This document shows, one piece after another, positions 35,915 to 46,299 of a DNA stretch of 64,000 bases. Source of the DNA: Candidatus Latescibacterota bacterium (GTDB lineage Bacteria; Latescibacterota; UBA2968; UBA8231); the NCBI GenBank assembly GCA_964291625.2, contig OZ220089.1, positions 736,001 through 800,000 on the forward strand, written 5' to 3'. Position 1 is the stretch's first letter. Each line of letters starts with the position of its first letter. Both the position numbers and the translations under genes were made by a program. A model generated the notes under the pieces. It worked only from the letters and a program-made list of their open reading frames with translations, was not told where the DNA came from and did no database searches.

Positions 35915-36129
35915 GCTGGCACCGGTTCGCGCAACTGGTGGAAACGTCTCAGCGCTCCGACCAGGGCGTCCTGCACCGCGTCGAGGGCCTCGTCGTGCGA
36001 GCCGAGGTATCCGAGGGCGTCGCGGTAGAGCTGGTGCTGATGGCGCCTGACGAGGGCCTCGAAGGCGGCCAGGTCCCCGTCCGCCGCGGCCCGGGCCAGG
36101 GAACCGTCGCCGGTTGCTGCGGTCTGCAT
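35915..36129 (-). pseudogene. Truncated ECF sigma factor (region 2 only)
   Basis: MQTAATGDGSLARAAADGDLAAFEALVRRHQHQLYRDALGYLGSHDEALDAVQDALVGALRRFHQLREP; similarity stops before the FxxWL motif and region 4. Confidence 0.75.
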
Positions 36130-36168
36130 ACCCGTAGTGACACCCCGTAGAGACAGCCGGTAGAGACA
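36130..36168 (-). repeat. Three tandem 13-bp repeats directly before the sigma ATG
   Basis: Minus strand reads TGTCTCTACCGGC TGTCTCTACGGGG TGTCACTACGGGT ATG. Confidence 0.65.
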
Positions 36169-37174
36169 CCCGGTAACATCTCGCACCGCGACCCCGACAT
36201 CGCCGCCTTCGAGCAGGGAGTGTGGACCCCCATGGTGAAAGAGAGAGAATGAACGACGACTCTGAAGCGGCCCCGCCTCCTGCTAACCGCCCCCGCAGGA
36301 TGGATCGATGGCTGGGGGCCCTGTTCCTGGCGGCGGTCGCGGCTCCGGCCGGGGGAGAGTCGGAAGGGACGGCCACGGTCAGCGGCTTCGTGCGCGACCT
36401 CCGGGACGGCGAGAGCCTGCCCTACGCCGCGGTCTCCGCCACCGTGGACGGCCGGGAGACCGGCACGCTGAGCAACGCCGACGGCTACTACGCCCTGCCG
36501 GACATCCGGCCGGGGACCTTCGTGCTCACCGTCCGCCACCTCGGCTACGCGGCGCGGCGGGACACGCTCTCCGTGGCCGCCGGGCAGGCCCTGCGTCGCG
36601 ACATCGAGCTGGAGCGGGAGGAGCTGAAGATGGAGGCCGTCGTCGTCGAGGCCGAGGCGGAGGCGGCGGACAGCGAGCTGAGCCGGCAGTCGAGCGTCGT
36701 CCTCCTGCCGATGAAGTCCCTGCAGAGGATGCCGGCCATGGGCGAGCCCGACCTGCTGCGCAGTCTGCATCTGCTGCCGGGCGTCCAGGCGGCGTCGGAC
36801 TACAGCAGCGGGCTCTACGTGCGCGGCGGCGGACCCGACCAGACCGGCATCCTCCTCGACCAGGTGCGTCTCTACAACCCGTCCCACGCCTTCGGCTTCT
36901 TCTCCACCTTCAACCCGGACGCCATCAAGGACGTCACCTTCTACAAGGGCGCCTACCCGGCCCGCTACGGCGGCAACCTCGGCGCCGTCCTCGACGTGCA
37001 GAACCGCGACGGCGGAAGTGTACCCCGTCAACTGGACAGGAATTGGGCTTGTGCAAGCGAGCGTCTCGAGATGTGATGGAGCGGTACGGCGCCCCGGGGC
37101 CCGGATCGAAGCCCGGCCTCCCGGACTTGCACCCAGGCCGGGCCCCCGGGGCCGTGAGGAGAGCCCCCCCGCGC

Positions 37175-38002
37175 TCAGGCCGCCCGGTGGTAGACATCGC
37201 TGGGGGTCTCGTAGTCGAAGGCCTGGTGCGGCCGCTCGAGGTTGTAGAAGCGGAAGTAGGCCGCCACGCCCTCGATCAACTCGGGGACGGTGTCGTAGGC
37301 CTTCAGGTAGATGTCCTCGTACTTCAGGGAGCGCCACAGCCGCTCGATGAAGATGTTGTCCAGCACCCGGCCGCGGCCGTCCATGCTCACCCGCGCCCCG
37401 GCGGCCTCGACCCGCTCGGTGAAGGCGGTGCTGGTGAACTGGGCCCCCTGGTCGGTGTTGAAGATCTCCGGCCGCCCCTGGCTCAGAGCCTCCTCCAAAG
37501 CCTCCAGGCAGAAGGCCGCGTCGAGGGTGTTGGAGACCCGCCAAGCCAGCACGTAGCGGCTGAACCAGTCCATGACCGCCACCAGGTAGACGAAGCCGGA
37601 AGGCATCGGCAGATAGGTGATGTCGCTGCACCACACCTGGTCCGGCCGGTCCACGGTCATCCCTCGCAGCAGATACGGATAGACCCGGTGCTGAGGGTTG
37701 GGAGTGGTCGGTCGCGGGCGAGGATAGATCGCCTGCAGGCCCATGACCTTCATCAGGCGATGCACGCGCTTGAGATTGACCGGGTGCCCCTGCCGCCTCA
37801 GAGCCGCGCAGATCCGGCGCACGCCGTAGACCGGGCGCTTGGTGTAGATCCGGTCGATGACGTTCATCAGGTCGAGGGTGAGCGGGTCTGGCCCCTCCGG
37901 GTGGTAGTAGAAACTGGATCGGGCCAGCCCGAGCAGCTCGCACTGCCGGTGCACGCTCAGCTGGGCGTGGCGCGGCTCGATGAGAGCGCGGCGCTCAGCC
38001 AC
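37175..38002 (-). CDS. IS3 transposase OrfB (DDE catalytic domain, -1 frame)
   Basis: [44 protein letters not shown]. Confidence 0.95.
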   Translation of the reverse strand: MAERRALIEPRHAQLSVHRQCELLGLARSSFYYHPEGPDPLTLDLMNVIDRIYTKRPVYGVRRICAALRRQGHPVNLKRVHRLMKVMGLQAIYPRPRPTTPNPQHRVYPYLLRGMTVDRPDQVWCSDITYLPMPSGFVYLVAVMDWFSRYVLAWRVSNTLDAAFCLEALEEALSQGRPEIFNTDQGAQFTSTAFTERVEAAGARVSMDGRGRVLDNIFIERLWRSLKYEDIYLKAYDTVPELIEGVAAYFRFYNLERPHQAFDYETPSDVYHRAA

Positions 38003-38288
38003 CGACAGCCTCGTGTTTTTTTTGAAGCCACTCCAGCTCCATCTGCAGGCGACCGATCTGCTCGTAGAGCTCGGGCACCGAGGCGGCCTCCTCGTCCGGC
38101 CGCCGGCCCCCGGGGCCCTGGAAGGCCTCGGGCAACCGCTCCAGCAACTGCTTCTTCCAGCCGTGGATCTGGCTGGGGTGGACGGAGAACTTGCGGGCCA
38201 GCTCGTTGACCGTCTGCCGCTCGCGCAGGGCCTCCAGAGCCACCTTGGCCTTAAACTGAGCCGAGTGCGTCTTGCGTTTCCTCGTCAT
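37995..38288 (-). CDS. IS3 transposase OrfA
   Basis: [21 protein letters not shown]...[11 protein letters not shown]...[18 protein letters not shown]; A8 slippery run at 38016-38023. Confidence 0.92.
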   Translation of the reverse strand: MTRKRKTHSAQFKAKVALEALRERQTVNELARKFSVHPSQIHGWKKQLLERLPEAFQGPGGRRPDEEAASVPELYEQIGRLQMELEWLQKKHEAVGG

Positions 38289-39920
38289 CCAACCCCCTCC
38301 GGACAGTAGCTCGGTGGACGAAAAGTCTCGCTTAGCCACCTGTCCAGGATTTGGGGTACATTACCGGCAACCGCCGCCGCTTCAGCAACACCGGCGGCGT
38401 CAGCATGATCTCCAGCCGCCTCGTGAGCGAGGGGCCCCTGGGCCGGGGCTCGTGGATGGCGGCCGGCCGGCGCACCTACATCGACCCGGCCCTGCGGGCG
38501 CTGCGCCGGAGCGCCGACGGCCTCGACGGCCTCGGCTACTGGTTCTACGACCTCAACGCCAAGATCAACACCCAGCTGACGCCCGACGACAACCTGATGG
38601 TCAGCGCCTACGGGGGCGCCGACCATCTCGACATCACGGTGAGCGACAGCACCAACACCCTCTCCTTCGGCAACGAGTGGGGCAACCGCGCCCTGACCGG
38701 GCGCTGGACGCACCTGTTCACGCCGGCCCTGTTCGGCCGCGCCATCCTCCTCTACTCCCGCTACCACAGCGACATCCTCCTCGACCTCTTCGGCACCCCG
38801 GTCGAGATCCGCAACAAGGTGCGGGAGGTCACCCTCAAGGGGGATGCCGACTGGTTCGCCTCCCCGGACCACACCCTGCGGGCGGGAGTCGACCTCACTC
38901 GCTTCCGCTTCGACTACAAGGTGCGCTTCGAGGAGTACCGGGAGGAGCAGGTCGTGGAGCCGTACCTGCTCTCCGCCTACGTCCAGGAGGACTGGCAGGC
39001 GACGCCCCTGACCGAGGTCCGGCTCGGCCTGCGGGGCTCCTGGTACGAGGAGGGAGGGCGCCTGTCCCTGAACCCGCGCTTCTCCCTGAGCCGGGTCCTG
39101 CGGGAGGGCTGGCGGGTCAAGGTCGCCGGCGGCAGCTACCGGCAGTACCTGCAACTGGTGTCGACGGAGGGGTTCGGTGGCGGCGACGTCTGGGTCTCCC
39201 TCGACGAGACCGTCGAGCCCGGGCGCTCATACCAGGGGGTCACGGGACTGGAGTGGGAGCCTTCCGGCGACTGGCGGGTCAGCCTCGAGTCCTACTACAC
39301 AGACCTGGCCAACCTCGTGGTCCTCGACGAGGACCAGGCCGAGAACGCGGAGCAGCGGACCTCGGAGGACGTCTTCAAGACCGGCGGGGAGGGCTACGCC
39401 ACCGGCCTGGAGCTGTTCGCCGAGAAACGCCGCGGGGCCCTGACCGGCTGGCTGGGCTACACCCTCGGCTGGACGCGGAGGAAGTTCCCGGAGGTCGACG
39501 AGGGCCGCGCCTTCCCGCCCAAGTACGATCGGCGTCACGACCTGTCGCTGACCGCCAGGTACACTGCGGGGCGCTGGACCTGGACGACCAGCCTGGTCTA
39601 CGCCACCGGCCAGGCCTATACCCCGGCCGGGGCCCGCTACACCCTGCGCGACCCGGCGTCGGGCCGCCCCGTGGACCGGCTCCTGGCGGCGCAGCGCAAC
39701 AGCGCCCGGATGCTGCCCTACCACCGCCTCGACGCCGGGGTGCGGCGCCAGGCCCGGCTCTTCGGCGCCGAGGTCGAGTACTACCTGCAGATCTTCAACC
39801 TCTACAACCGCCGCAACGAGTGGTTCATCCAGTACGACCCCGAGGACTCGGAGAAGGAACCGACCGTGGTCCGGATGCTGCCCATCGTGCCGACTTTCGG
39901 CTTCGACTTCAGGCTCTGAG

Positions 39921-40922
39921 ATGATGCCCGCATTCCTGCTGCTGCTGGCCCTCGCGCCGCTCCTGTCCTGTGACGCCCCCGGCCCCCTCAAGGCCGACCG
40001 GGACCCCGGGGAGCTCTTCGGCCCCGGCGAGGAGACGCTGATCGTGGTCGACGCCGTCCTCATCGTCGACGCGCCCCTGCCCCCGGTCCTGGTGCGGCGC
40101 ACCGAGGCGCCCGGGGTTCGCTACGAGGCCGCGGCCACCGGCGTGACCGGGGCCGAGGTTTCCATCCGCCACGGCGACGCCCGGTTCGCGTACCGCCCCG
40201 ACCCGGCCCACGCCGGACGCTACCTGCCGCCCGACGGCGCGCCCCGGGTCGAGCCGGGCGGCGAGTACGAGCTGCGGGTGACCAGCGGCGACGCCCCGGT
40301 CGTGAGGGCCCGGACCCTTACGCCGGCGAGGGTGCGCGTCGAGGAACTGGTCTGGCTCGACGAGGACCTGGAGACGGAACTGCAGCAGCTGAGGCTGTTC
40401 TCCGAGATCGGCGACGGGGTCTACGAAGCCGGCGAGAACCAGCTGGAGTATCCGCGGGGCCTGCTGGTGGCCCTGCTCGAGGGCGCGGGCGAGCCCGGGT
40501 TCTACCAGTTCGCCACGTTCAACCTGGAGAGCTACAGCCCCTACCTGCTCGACCCCGAGTGGATCGACGAGGGGGACTTCGAGCTGGAGCGCCAGAACAC
40601 CTCCCCCCTGCTGCGGGCCGAGGACAGGTACCTCTACCTGCCCTGGGACGGCATCTACCACGCCGGGCGCTACAAGGTCAGGCTCCACGCCGTCGACCGG
40701 AACTGGTACGACCTCGTGCGAACCGACAACATCGACGCGGAACGCGGCGCCGGCGAGGCCGGCCAGTCCTTCCAGCGGCCCCTCTTCCACGTGGAGAACG
40801 GGATCGGCCTCTTCGCCTCGGCCGCGGTCGATTCCTTCGGCTTCTTCGTCCGGCCCAGGGGCAGCCCGCCCTGCTCCGGGTGCCAGTGCTGGGACTGCGC
40901 GGAGGCGCCGCCGGAGGAGTGA
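39921..40922 (+). CDS. DUF4249-like lipoprotein partner of the TonB receptor
   Basis: Lipobox LLSC; LIVVDAVL; GGEYELRV; HVENGIGLFAS; starts just after the receptor stop; C-terminal CSGCQCWDC. Confidence 0.75.
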   Translation: MMPAFLLLLALAPLLSCDAPGPLKADRDPGELFGPGEETLIVVDAVLIVDAPLPPVLVRRTEAPGVRYEAAATGVTGAEVSIRHGDARFAYRPDPAHAGRYLPPDGAPRVEPGGEYELRVTSGDAPVVRARTLTPARVRVEELVWLDEDLETELQQLRLFSEIGDGVYEAGENQLEYPRGLLVALLEGAGEPGFYQFATFNLESYSPYLLDPEWIDEGDFELERQNTSPLLRAEDRYLYLPWDGIYHAGRYKVRLHAVDRNWYDLVRTDNIDAERGAGEAGQSFQRPLFHVENGIGLFASAAVDSFGFFVRPRGSPPCSGCQCWDCAEAPPEE

Positions 40923-40968
40923 CGGGGGCCTCGAAGGCGGCCCAGACAAGGGAAGCTGCCCACCGAGG

Positions 40969-40987
40969 TGCGACAGATCGCGTCGCA
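40969..40987. promoter_or_regulatory. Palindromic operator copy 1, TGCGAC-N7-GTCGCA
   Basis: TGCGACAGATCGCGTCGCA; lies within a ~75-bp segment similar to 44690-44763. Confidence 0.7.
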
Positions 40988-41144
40988 GGCACGGAAGAGA
41001 AGCGGGGTGACTGGGCTCCGAGCTTGGGGCCGGGCCTCTCGATGTATATTCCGCCGCCAGCCTGGCGGACGGCCCCATCCACCAGCCCCTGGATCCCGGG
41101 GCGGACCGAAGCCCACCAGGCTACCTCTTCCGGAGAGAAGACCG

Positions 41145-44108
41145 ATGAGCAAGCTCCCGTTCCTGCTGCTGATCCTCACCTGCGGGGCCGTCTGGGCCCA
41201 GCCGAAGGGCCACATCGAAGGCACGGTCACCGCCGAGGACGGGGTAATCCTGCCCGGCGCCGGCATCGCCGTGCGGGGACCCGGCCTGCCCGATGGGGCC
41301 GGAAGCGTCTCGGGCGAGGAGGGGCGGTTCCGCATCGCCCTTCCGGCGGGTGCCTACGAGGTGGAGATCACCTTCGTCGGCTACAGGAGCGAGAAGCGGG
41401 AAGCGGTGCGGGTGCGGGCCGGCGAGACGACGCGGATGAACGCGGTCCTGGCGGCGGAGGTTCTCTACCTGGGGCAGGAGGTGGTCACCGCCTCGCGCCG
41501 GCAGGAGAAGATCCTGGACGCGCCGGCCTCGGTCTCCGTGGTCGACGGCGGCGATGTCCGCAACAAGCCGGCCCTGACCGTGGCCGACCACGTCAAGGAC
41601 CTGCCGGCGGTTGACTTCGCCCAGACGGGACTGGCGAACAACATGGTGGTGGTGCGCGGCTTCAACAACATCTTCTCCGGTTCCCTGCTCACCCTGACGG
41701 ACAACCGCATCGCGCGGGTGCCCTCGCTGCGGGTGAACGCCATGAACTTCATCCCCCTGGTCAACGAGGACGTGGAGCGGATCGAGGTCGTCCTGGGGCC
41801 GGGGTCGGCCCTGTACGGACCCAACAGCGCCGACGGGGTCATGCACGTCATCACCCGCTCCCCCCTGACCTCGCAGGGCACCAACGTCTACCTGGGGCTG
41901 GGCGAGCGCGATCTGCGCAAGACCGAGATGCGCCACGCCGGCATGGTGGGGGACGGCCTGGGCTACAAGATCTCGGCCCGGTACTACACGGGCACCGAGT
42001 GGGAGTACACCGATGCGGAGGAGGAGAAGGCGCGGCAGCAGAGGCTGGCGGAGATCGCCGCCGGCGCCGACCTGCCGCCCCTGCCGGAGCGCGACCCCCA
42101 CACCCGCAACCAGAGCCTCGAGGCGCGTCTGGACTGGCGGGCCTCCGACGACCTGACGGCGATCCTGTCGGCGGGGCACAACAAGGCGAGCATCCTCGGC
42201 CTCACCGGCGTGGGCGCGTCGCAGACGATCGACTGGCAGTACAACTACACCCAGCTGCGCCTGCTTCACGGCGACTGGTTCTTCCAGGCCTTCCGCAACT
42301 GGAGCGATGCGGGCGACAGCTTCCTGCTGCGCACGGGGGTGCCCGTCGTCGACCGGTCCTCCCTGACCGTGCTCCAGGGGCAGCACACCTCCACCCTGGG
42401 CGCGCGCCAGCGCTTCACCTACGGCGTCGACGCCCTGCTGACGCGGCCCGACACGGAGGGCACCATCATGGGCCGCAACGAGGACGACGACGACCTCGAC
42501 GTCCTCGGCGGCTACCTGCAGAGCGAGACCGCCCTCGCCGGTCCCCTGGAGCTGGTGCTGGCCCTGCGTTACGACTACCACAGCCGGCTGGCCGACCCCG
42601 AGCTGTCGCCCCGGGCCGCCCTGGTCTACAAGCCGAGGGAAGCCCAGACCCTGCGGCTGACCTACAACCGCGCCTTCAGCACGCCCACGGCGAACAACCT
42701 CTACCTCGACCTGCAGACCTCCCGCGATCCCTTCGGTCTGGCGCCGGCCTTCTCGCCCCTCTTCGCGTCCCTCGGCCTGGGGGAGTTCCGGCCCATCGAC
42801 GTCTGGACCCAGGGCAACTACCGGGGCGGCGAGTACGGCTTCACCTTCCGCCGGGGCGAGAACGGCCGGCCCCTGTTCCGCTCGCCCTTCGCGCCGATGG
42901 CCGGTCGGACGGCCGACCAGTACCTGCCCCTGGACGATCCGCTGTTCACCAACGTCATGTGGGGGATCGGCCGGCAGTCGGTGCTCGCCCGGCTCGGCCC
43001 GGTCTTCCAGCAACTGGCCGCCGGCGCCATGATGGCCCAGGGCCTGGGAGCCGAGGAGGCCCAGGCGGCGGCCGGTCAGCTGGCGGCGGACCTGCCCGGC
43101 ATCGTGCCCGAGCAGCTGCCCGGCCTGCGCAACCGGCTGGGACGTCTGAACATCGAGACCGAGCCTCTCGGCGAGGAGCCCGACCCGAACCGCCAGTCCT
43201 TCTTCTTCGTGGAGGCCGACGGCGTCACGCCGGTCACCGCCCACGACGTGCCGCGCATCGAGTCGGCCATCACCCAGACCTTCGAGATCGGCTACAAGGG
43301 GGTGCTGGCCGACAGGGTGGTGGTCGCCGCGGACCTGTATCAGTCCCGGGTCGAGAACTACGTCGGCTCCGTGTCGGTGGAGACCCCCAACGTCTTCCTC
43401 GATCCGGCGAGCCTGGGCCAGGCCCTCGGCGAAGGCATCGGCCAGGCCCTCGCCGATCCGGAGAACGCCGAGCTGGCCGCGGTCCTGGCGGCCCTCGACG
43501 CGGCGCAGGTACCGGGGTTGGTGCAGGGCAACAACAACGGCACCTCCGTGGACGAGCTGGCCGGCCTCCTCACGGCGGGGGCGGCGGCGATCCCCTACGG
43601 CACCGTCTCCCCCGAGCAGGCCTCCGATCCCTACGCCCTGGTCATGAGCTACCGCAACTTCAAGGCCGTCACCATTCGCGGCCTCGACCTGGGCCTGGGC
43701 TGGTACCCCACCGACCGGTTGCGGCTCACGGGGAGCTACTCATACGTCGACGACAACTGGTTCGAGAACGTGAGCTACTCCCATGGCGATGGGGGCGCCG
43801 ACATCGCCCTCAACGCCCCCCGGCACAAGAGCAAGCTGGGCCTGGACTACGACTTCGCCGACCTGGGGCTGACGGTGGGAGGCCGAGTTCGCTACACCGA
43901 TTCCTTTCCCATGAGCTCGGGCGTGTACGCGGGCGTGGTGGACACCTACACGGTGCTGGACCTCAACCTGAGCTACGAGCTGCCGTTACAGCAGGACCTG
44001 GTGCTGCAGGTCGATGCGAGCAACGTGCTGGACCGGCCTTATCAGTCCTTCGTCGGCGCCCCGGAGGTGGGGCGGCTGGTCTTCGGCCAGGTGGGGCTGC
44101 GGTTCTGA
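41145..44108 (+). CDS. TonB-dependent receptor (987 aa)
   Basis: Signal peptide; TonB-box-like EVVTASRR; VVRGFNNIF; RIEVVLGPGSALYGPN; C-terminal GLRF. Confidence 0.93.
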   Translation: MSKLPFLLLILTCGAVWAQPKGHIEGTVTAEDGVILPGAGIAVRGPGLPDGAGSVSGEEGRFRIALPAGAYEVEITFVGYRSEKREAVRVRAGETTRMNAVLAAEVLYLGQEVVTASRRQEKILDAPASVSVVDGGDVRNKPALTVADHVKDLPAVDFAQTGLANNMVVVRGFNNIFSGSLLTLTDNRIARVPSLRVNAMNFIPLVNEDVERIEVVLGPGSALYGPNSADGVMHVITRSPLTSQGTNVYLGLGERDLRKTEMRHAGMVGDGLGYKISARYYTGTEWEYTDAEEEKARQQRLAEIAAGADLPPLPERDPHTRNQSLEARLDWRASDDLTAILSAGHNKASILGLTGVGASQTIDWQYNYTQLRLLHGDWFFQAFRNWSDAGDSFLLRTGVPVVDRSSLTVLQGQHTSTLGARQRFTYGVDALLTRPDTEGTIMGRNEDDDDLDVLGGYLQSETALAGPLELVLALRYDYHSRLADPELSPRAALVYKPREAQTLRLTYNRAFSTPTANNLYLDLQTSRDPFGLAPAFSPLFASLGLGEFRPIDVWTQGNYRGGEYGFTFRRGENGRPLFRSPFAPMAGRTADQYLPLDDPLFTNVMWGIGRQSVLARLGPVFQQLAAGAMMAQGLGAEEAQAAAGQLAADLPGIVPEQLPGLRNRLGRLNIETEPLGEEPDPNRQSFFFVEADGVTPVTAHDVPRIESAITQTFEIGYKGVLADRVVVAADLYQSRVENYVGSVSVETPNVFLDPASLGQALGEGIGQALADPENAELAAVLAALDAAQVPGLVQGNNNGTSVDELAGLLTAGAAAIPYGTVSPEQASDPYALVMSYRNFKAVTIRGLDLGLGWYPTDRLRLTGSYSYVDDNWFENVSYSHGDGGADIALNAPRHKSKLGLDYDFADLGLTVGGRVRYTDSFPMSSGVYAGVVDTYTVLDLNLSYELPLQQDLVLQVDASNVLDRPYQSFVGAPEVGRLVFGQVGLRF

Positions 44109-44118
44109 GGAGGGCGGG

Positions 44119-44583
44119 CTACTGGCCCTTCTCCTCTCTCCTCGTCGCCATGTGCCTGGTGACGAATTCACAGAAGCTCTTCGCCATTTCGTTGTCCACC
44201 TGCTCGAAGAATACGGTGTAGCCCTCCGCGACAAAGAACACCTTGCCCATCACAAAACCCGTGTTGTACCGAACAGAGGAGATTGCCTCATAGGGGAAGT
44301 CTTGAACGGTGAGCCCATACAACATCCCCTTGTCGACGAAGAGAAGTCGGCTGTCCGTCGCCAACAGCAGGCCATTTCCTCCGCTCTCTCGCTTCGCGTA
44401 GATCGCATGCCGGATGACCTCACCCTCACCGAGAATGTGGGGTAGTTCCTTGATTTCGGAACGGCCCCAATGGCCCTTGAATTCAGATCCGTCAAGGCCG
44501 TGAATGCCGAAGTCGGACGGCGGGCGTTTGGCAGCGCAGGAGAAAGCCACGCATGCGGCCATGGCAGTCAGGACGATCCTCAT
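44119..44583 (-). CDS. Bacterial PH-domain (YokE/bPH_3-like) lipoprotein
   Basis: Lipobox VAFSC; ELPHILGEGE...GLLLATDSRLLFVDKGMLYG..QDFPYEAISSV; lower GC. Confidence 0.78.
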   Translation of the reverse strand: MRIVLTAMAACVAFSCAAKRPPSDFGIHGLDGSEFKGHWGRSEIKELPHILGEGEVIRHAIYAKRESGGNGLLLATDSRLLFVDKGMLYGLTVQDFPYEAISSVRYNTGFVMGKVFFVAEGYTVFFEQVDNEMAKSFCEFVTRHMATRREEKGQ

Positions 44584-44678
44584 CTTGGATGCTCCTCGAG
44601 AGATGGGCGGGAGACGGTCTCTTCCCTCCGCCCGGTGGATGGGGTGGTAGAGCGCGCGCCAACGGCGCGTTTAGATGG

Positions 44679-44712
44679 AATCTGTTCAGGAGGTGCGACA
44701 GATCGTGTCGCA
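44679..44712 (-). promoter_or_regulatory. Palindromic operator copy 2 with a putative -10 element
   Basis: TGCGACAGATCGTGTCGCA at 44694-44712; minus strand TGTCGC-N10-CAGATT points into the PH-domain gene. Confidence 0.7.
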
Positions 44713-44762
44713 ACCGCGGAAGGGACACCGCGCGAATGGGGTTCCGCGCTTCGGGCCGGCCC

Positions 44763-45254
44763 TCACCCCGCCACCAGGACCGCCAGATCGACCACCATCC
44801 CCTCCAGGAAGGATGCCAGCGCTACCGTCAGCAGATCCCCGTTGCGGTCCTGGATCAGGAGCGCGCCCTCGGCGACGGCGAGGATCGGCGTCTCCAGCTC
44901 CTGCGCTTCGGGCACGATCGACACCGCCGAGACCAGGAGATAGTCGAGGGGCATGTACAGGGAGAGGTCGGACTCCTGATCGGTGGCTTTCAAGTAGAGA
45001 GCCCGGAAGCTCGTCGGGGTGATCCGGTCATCCTCGATGAGGATGTAGCCGTCCTCATCGTAGAGAGAGGCGGTCAGCCGCCGCTCGATGACGGTCCCTT
45101 CTTCGGGCGGACCCATCTCGCCCTGAGGGCCGGCTTCTCCCTGGGGCCCGGTCTCCCCCTGAGGACCCGCCGGCCCCATCGGTCCCTCCGGACCCTGGCA
45201 GGCGAGAAGGACGAGGACGGATAGCACGAACATCGAGTGAAGTCTGCTGCGCAT
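44763..45254 (-). CDS. Collagen-like (Gly-X-Y) lipoprotein
   Basis: AAGGAGG RBS; lipobox LLAC; 10 consecutive GXY triplets (GPEGPMGPAGPQGETGPQGEAGPQGEMGPP). Confidence 0.8.
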   Translation of the reverse strand: MRSRLHSMFVLSVLVLLACQGPEGPMGPAGPQGETGPQGEAGPQGEMGPPEEGTVIERRLTASLYDEDGYILIEDDRITPTSFRALYLKATDQESDLSLYMPLDYLLVSAVSIVPEAQELETPILAVAEGALLIQDRNGDLLTVALASFLEGMVVDLAVLVAG

Positions 45255-45285
45255 GGACACCTCCTTGATTGGGGTTCAGGAGGTG

Positions 45286-45319
45286 AACCTGCGCAGGAGG
45301 TGCGACAGATCGCGTCGCA
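45286..45319 (-). promoter_or_regulatory. Palindromic operator copy 3 with a putative -10 element
   Basis: TGCGACAGATCGCGTCGCA at 45301-45319; minus strand TGTCGC-N10-CAGGTT about 30 bp before the ATG at 45254. Confidence 0.72.
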
Positions 45320-45415
45320 GGTCAGCTGCCTTCTTCACTCGGCCAGAACGAGAATCGGCCGGCCCAATGGAGACTTGGACCAGCCGACTCTGGGCGCAGC
45401 CTTGTCAGGCGCGGA

Positions 45416-46207
45416 TCACTCTCTCAGCTTGCTCTCGAGCGTCTCCAGCCAGCGATACCCGTACGCCGGGACCTCGGCTGACGAGGTCGCGCCGTCGGGG
45501 AACATGGGGAACCTCTCGACGCGAAGGCGGTAGTCGTAGTCGTGCAAGGGCTGGAAGCCCACGATCTCGCCGCGGAAGGGGGCGCCGTTGACGACCTTGC
45601 AGTACCCGGGATGGCCGTCGCCGCACTCGACCCTGTGCCGATCCACGGTGATCTCCTCTTCCGTGCCCGACGCTTCGCTCCGGGAGGTGATTTCGCTCAG
45701 CACGTAGCGGCCGTCGGCATACCTGCTCGCCTCGAGGATGTAGTGGTTGCCGGCCTCGTACTCGAAGTTGGTGATCATGTCGTCGTACGGGGCCCCGTCC
45801 ACCACCATGCAGAAGTCGTCGCTCCGGAAGCAGATCACCCGCGCCGGTCCCACCGACAAGGTGGCGGGCGTGGATGGCGCGGGGGTCTTCTCCAGCAACT
45901 CCAGCAGGCGGTAGGCGTACTGGCCGGCGTCCTGGGGCGGTTCGCCGCCGCCCCAGGGATCGTACTTGCCGATCCGCAGCCGATAGTCGTAGCCGGGCTC
46001 GTACTCGAAGCCCTCGATGCCGTCGTAGAAGAGCCCGCCGTCCACGACCATGCACGACTGCAGGCCCACGCCGTAGCACTTGGCCAGGGTGGGGCCGACG
46101 GTCACCTCCCGTGTCTCGAGGTACTCGCCGTCCGGGTCGGTGGAACGGTCGCAGCCGGCCACGAGCAGGGCCGGCAGGAGGAGAGGGGTGATGTATCTGG
46201 CGGGCAT
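45416..46207 (-). CDS. Lipoprotein with three DUF4377-like repeats
   Basis: GAGGAGG RBS; lipobox LVAGC; three copies of V.P....C......C.VV.G......I.GF.Y..GY.Y.L. Confidence 0.8.
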   Translation of the reverse strand: MPARYITPLLLPALLVAGCDRSTDPDGEYLETREVTVGPTLAKCYGVGLQSCMVVDGGLFYDGIEGFEYEPGYDYRLRIGKYDPWGGGEPPQDAGQYAYRLLELLEKTPAPSTPATLSVGPARVICFRSDDFCMVVDGAPYDDMITNFEYEAGNHYILEASRYADGRYVLSEITSRSEASGTEEEITVDRHRVECGDGHPGYCKVVNGAPFRGEIVGFQPLHDYDYRLRVERFPMFPDGATSSAEVPAYGYRWLETLESKLRE

Positions 46208-46299
46208 GGTGTCCTCCTCGTCGCGGTGCTGCGGCCGCCATCCTGGATCCCGCGGGGATCGCGGCAGGCGCCGGCGGTCCGTCTTCGAATATACCCATG

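Larger units (their letters stand above)
37014..38365 (-). mobile_element. IS3-family insertion sequence, 1352 bp
   Basis: 27-bp imperfect terminal IRs (GGAAGTGTACCCCGTCAACTGGACAGG vs reverse complement GGTAATGTACCCCAAATCCTGGACAGG); 3-bp target duplication GGC at 37011-37013 and 38366-38368. Confidence 0.93.
36300..39919 (+). pseudogene. TonB-dependent receptor interrupted by an IS3 element (about 754 aa when rejoined)
   Basis: 5' part: signal peptide, CarboxypepD-like domain, plug LPGV..GLYVRGG..YKGAYPARYGG; 3' barrel part 38369-39919 ends FGFDFRL; removing the IS restores ...NRDGNRRR. Confidence 0.92.
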
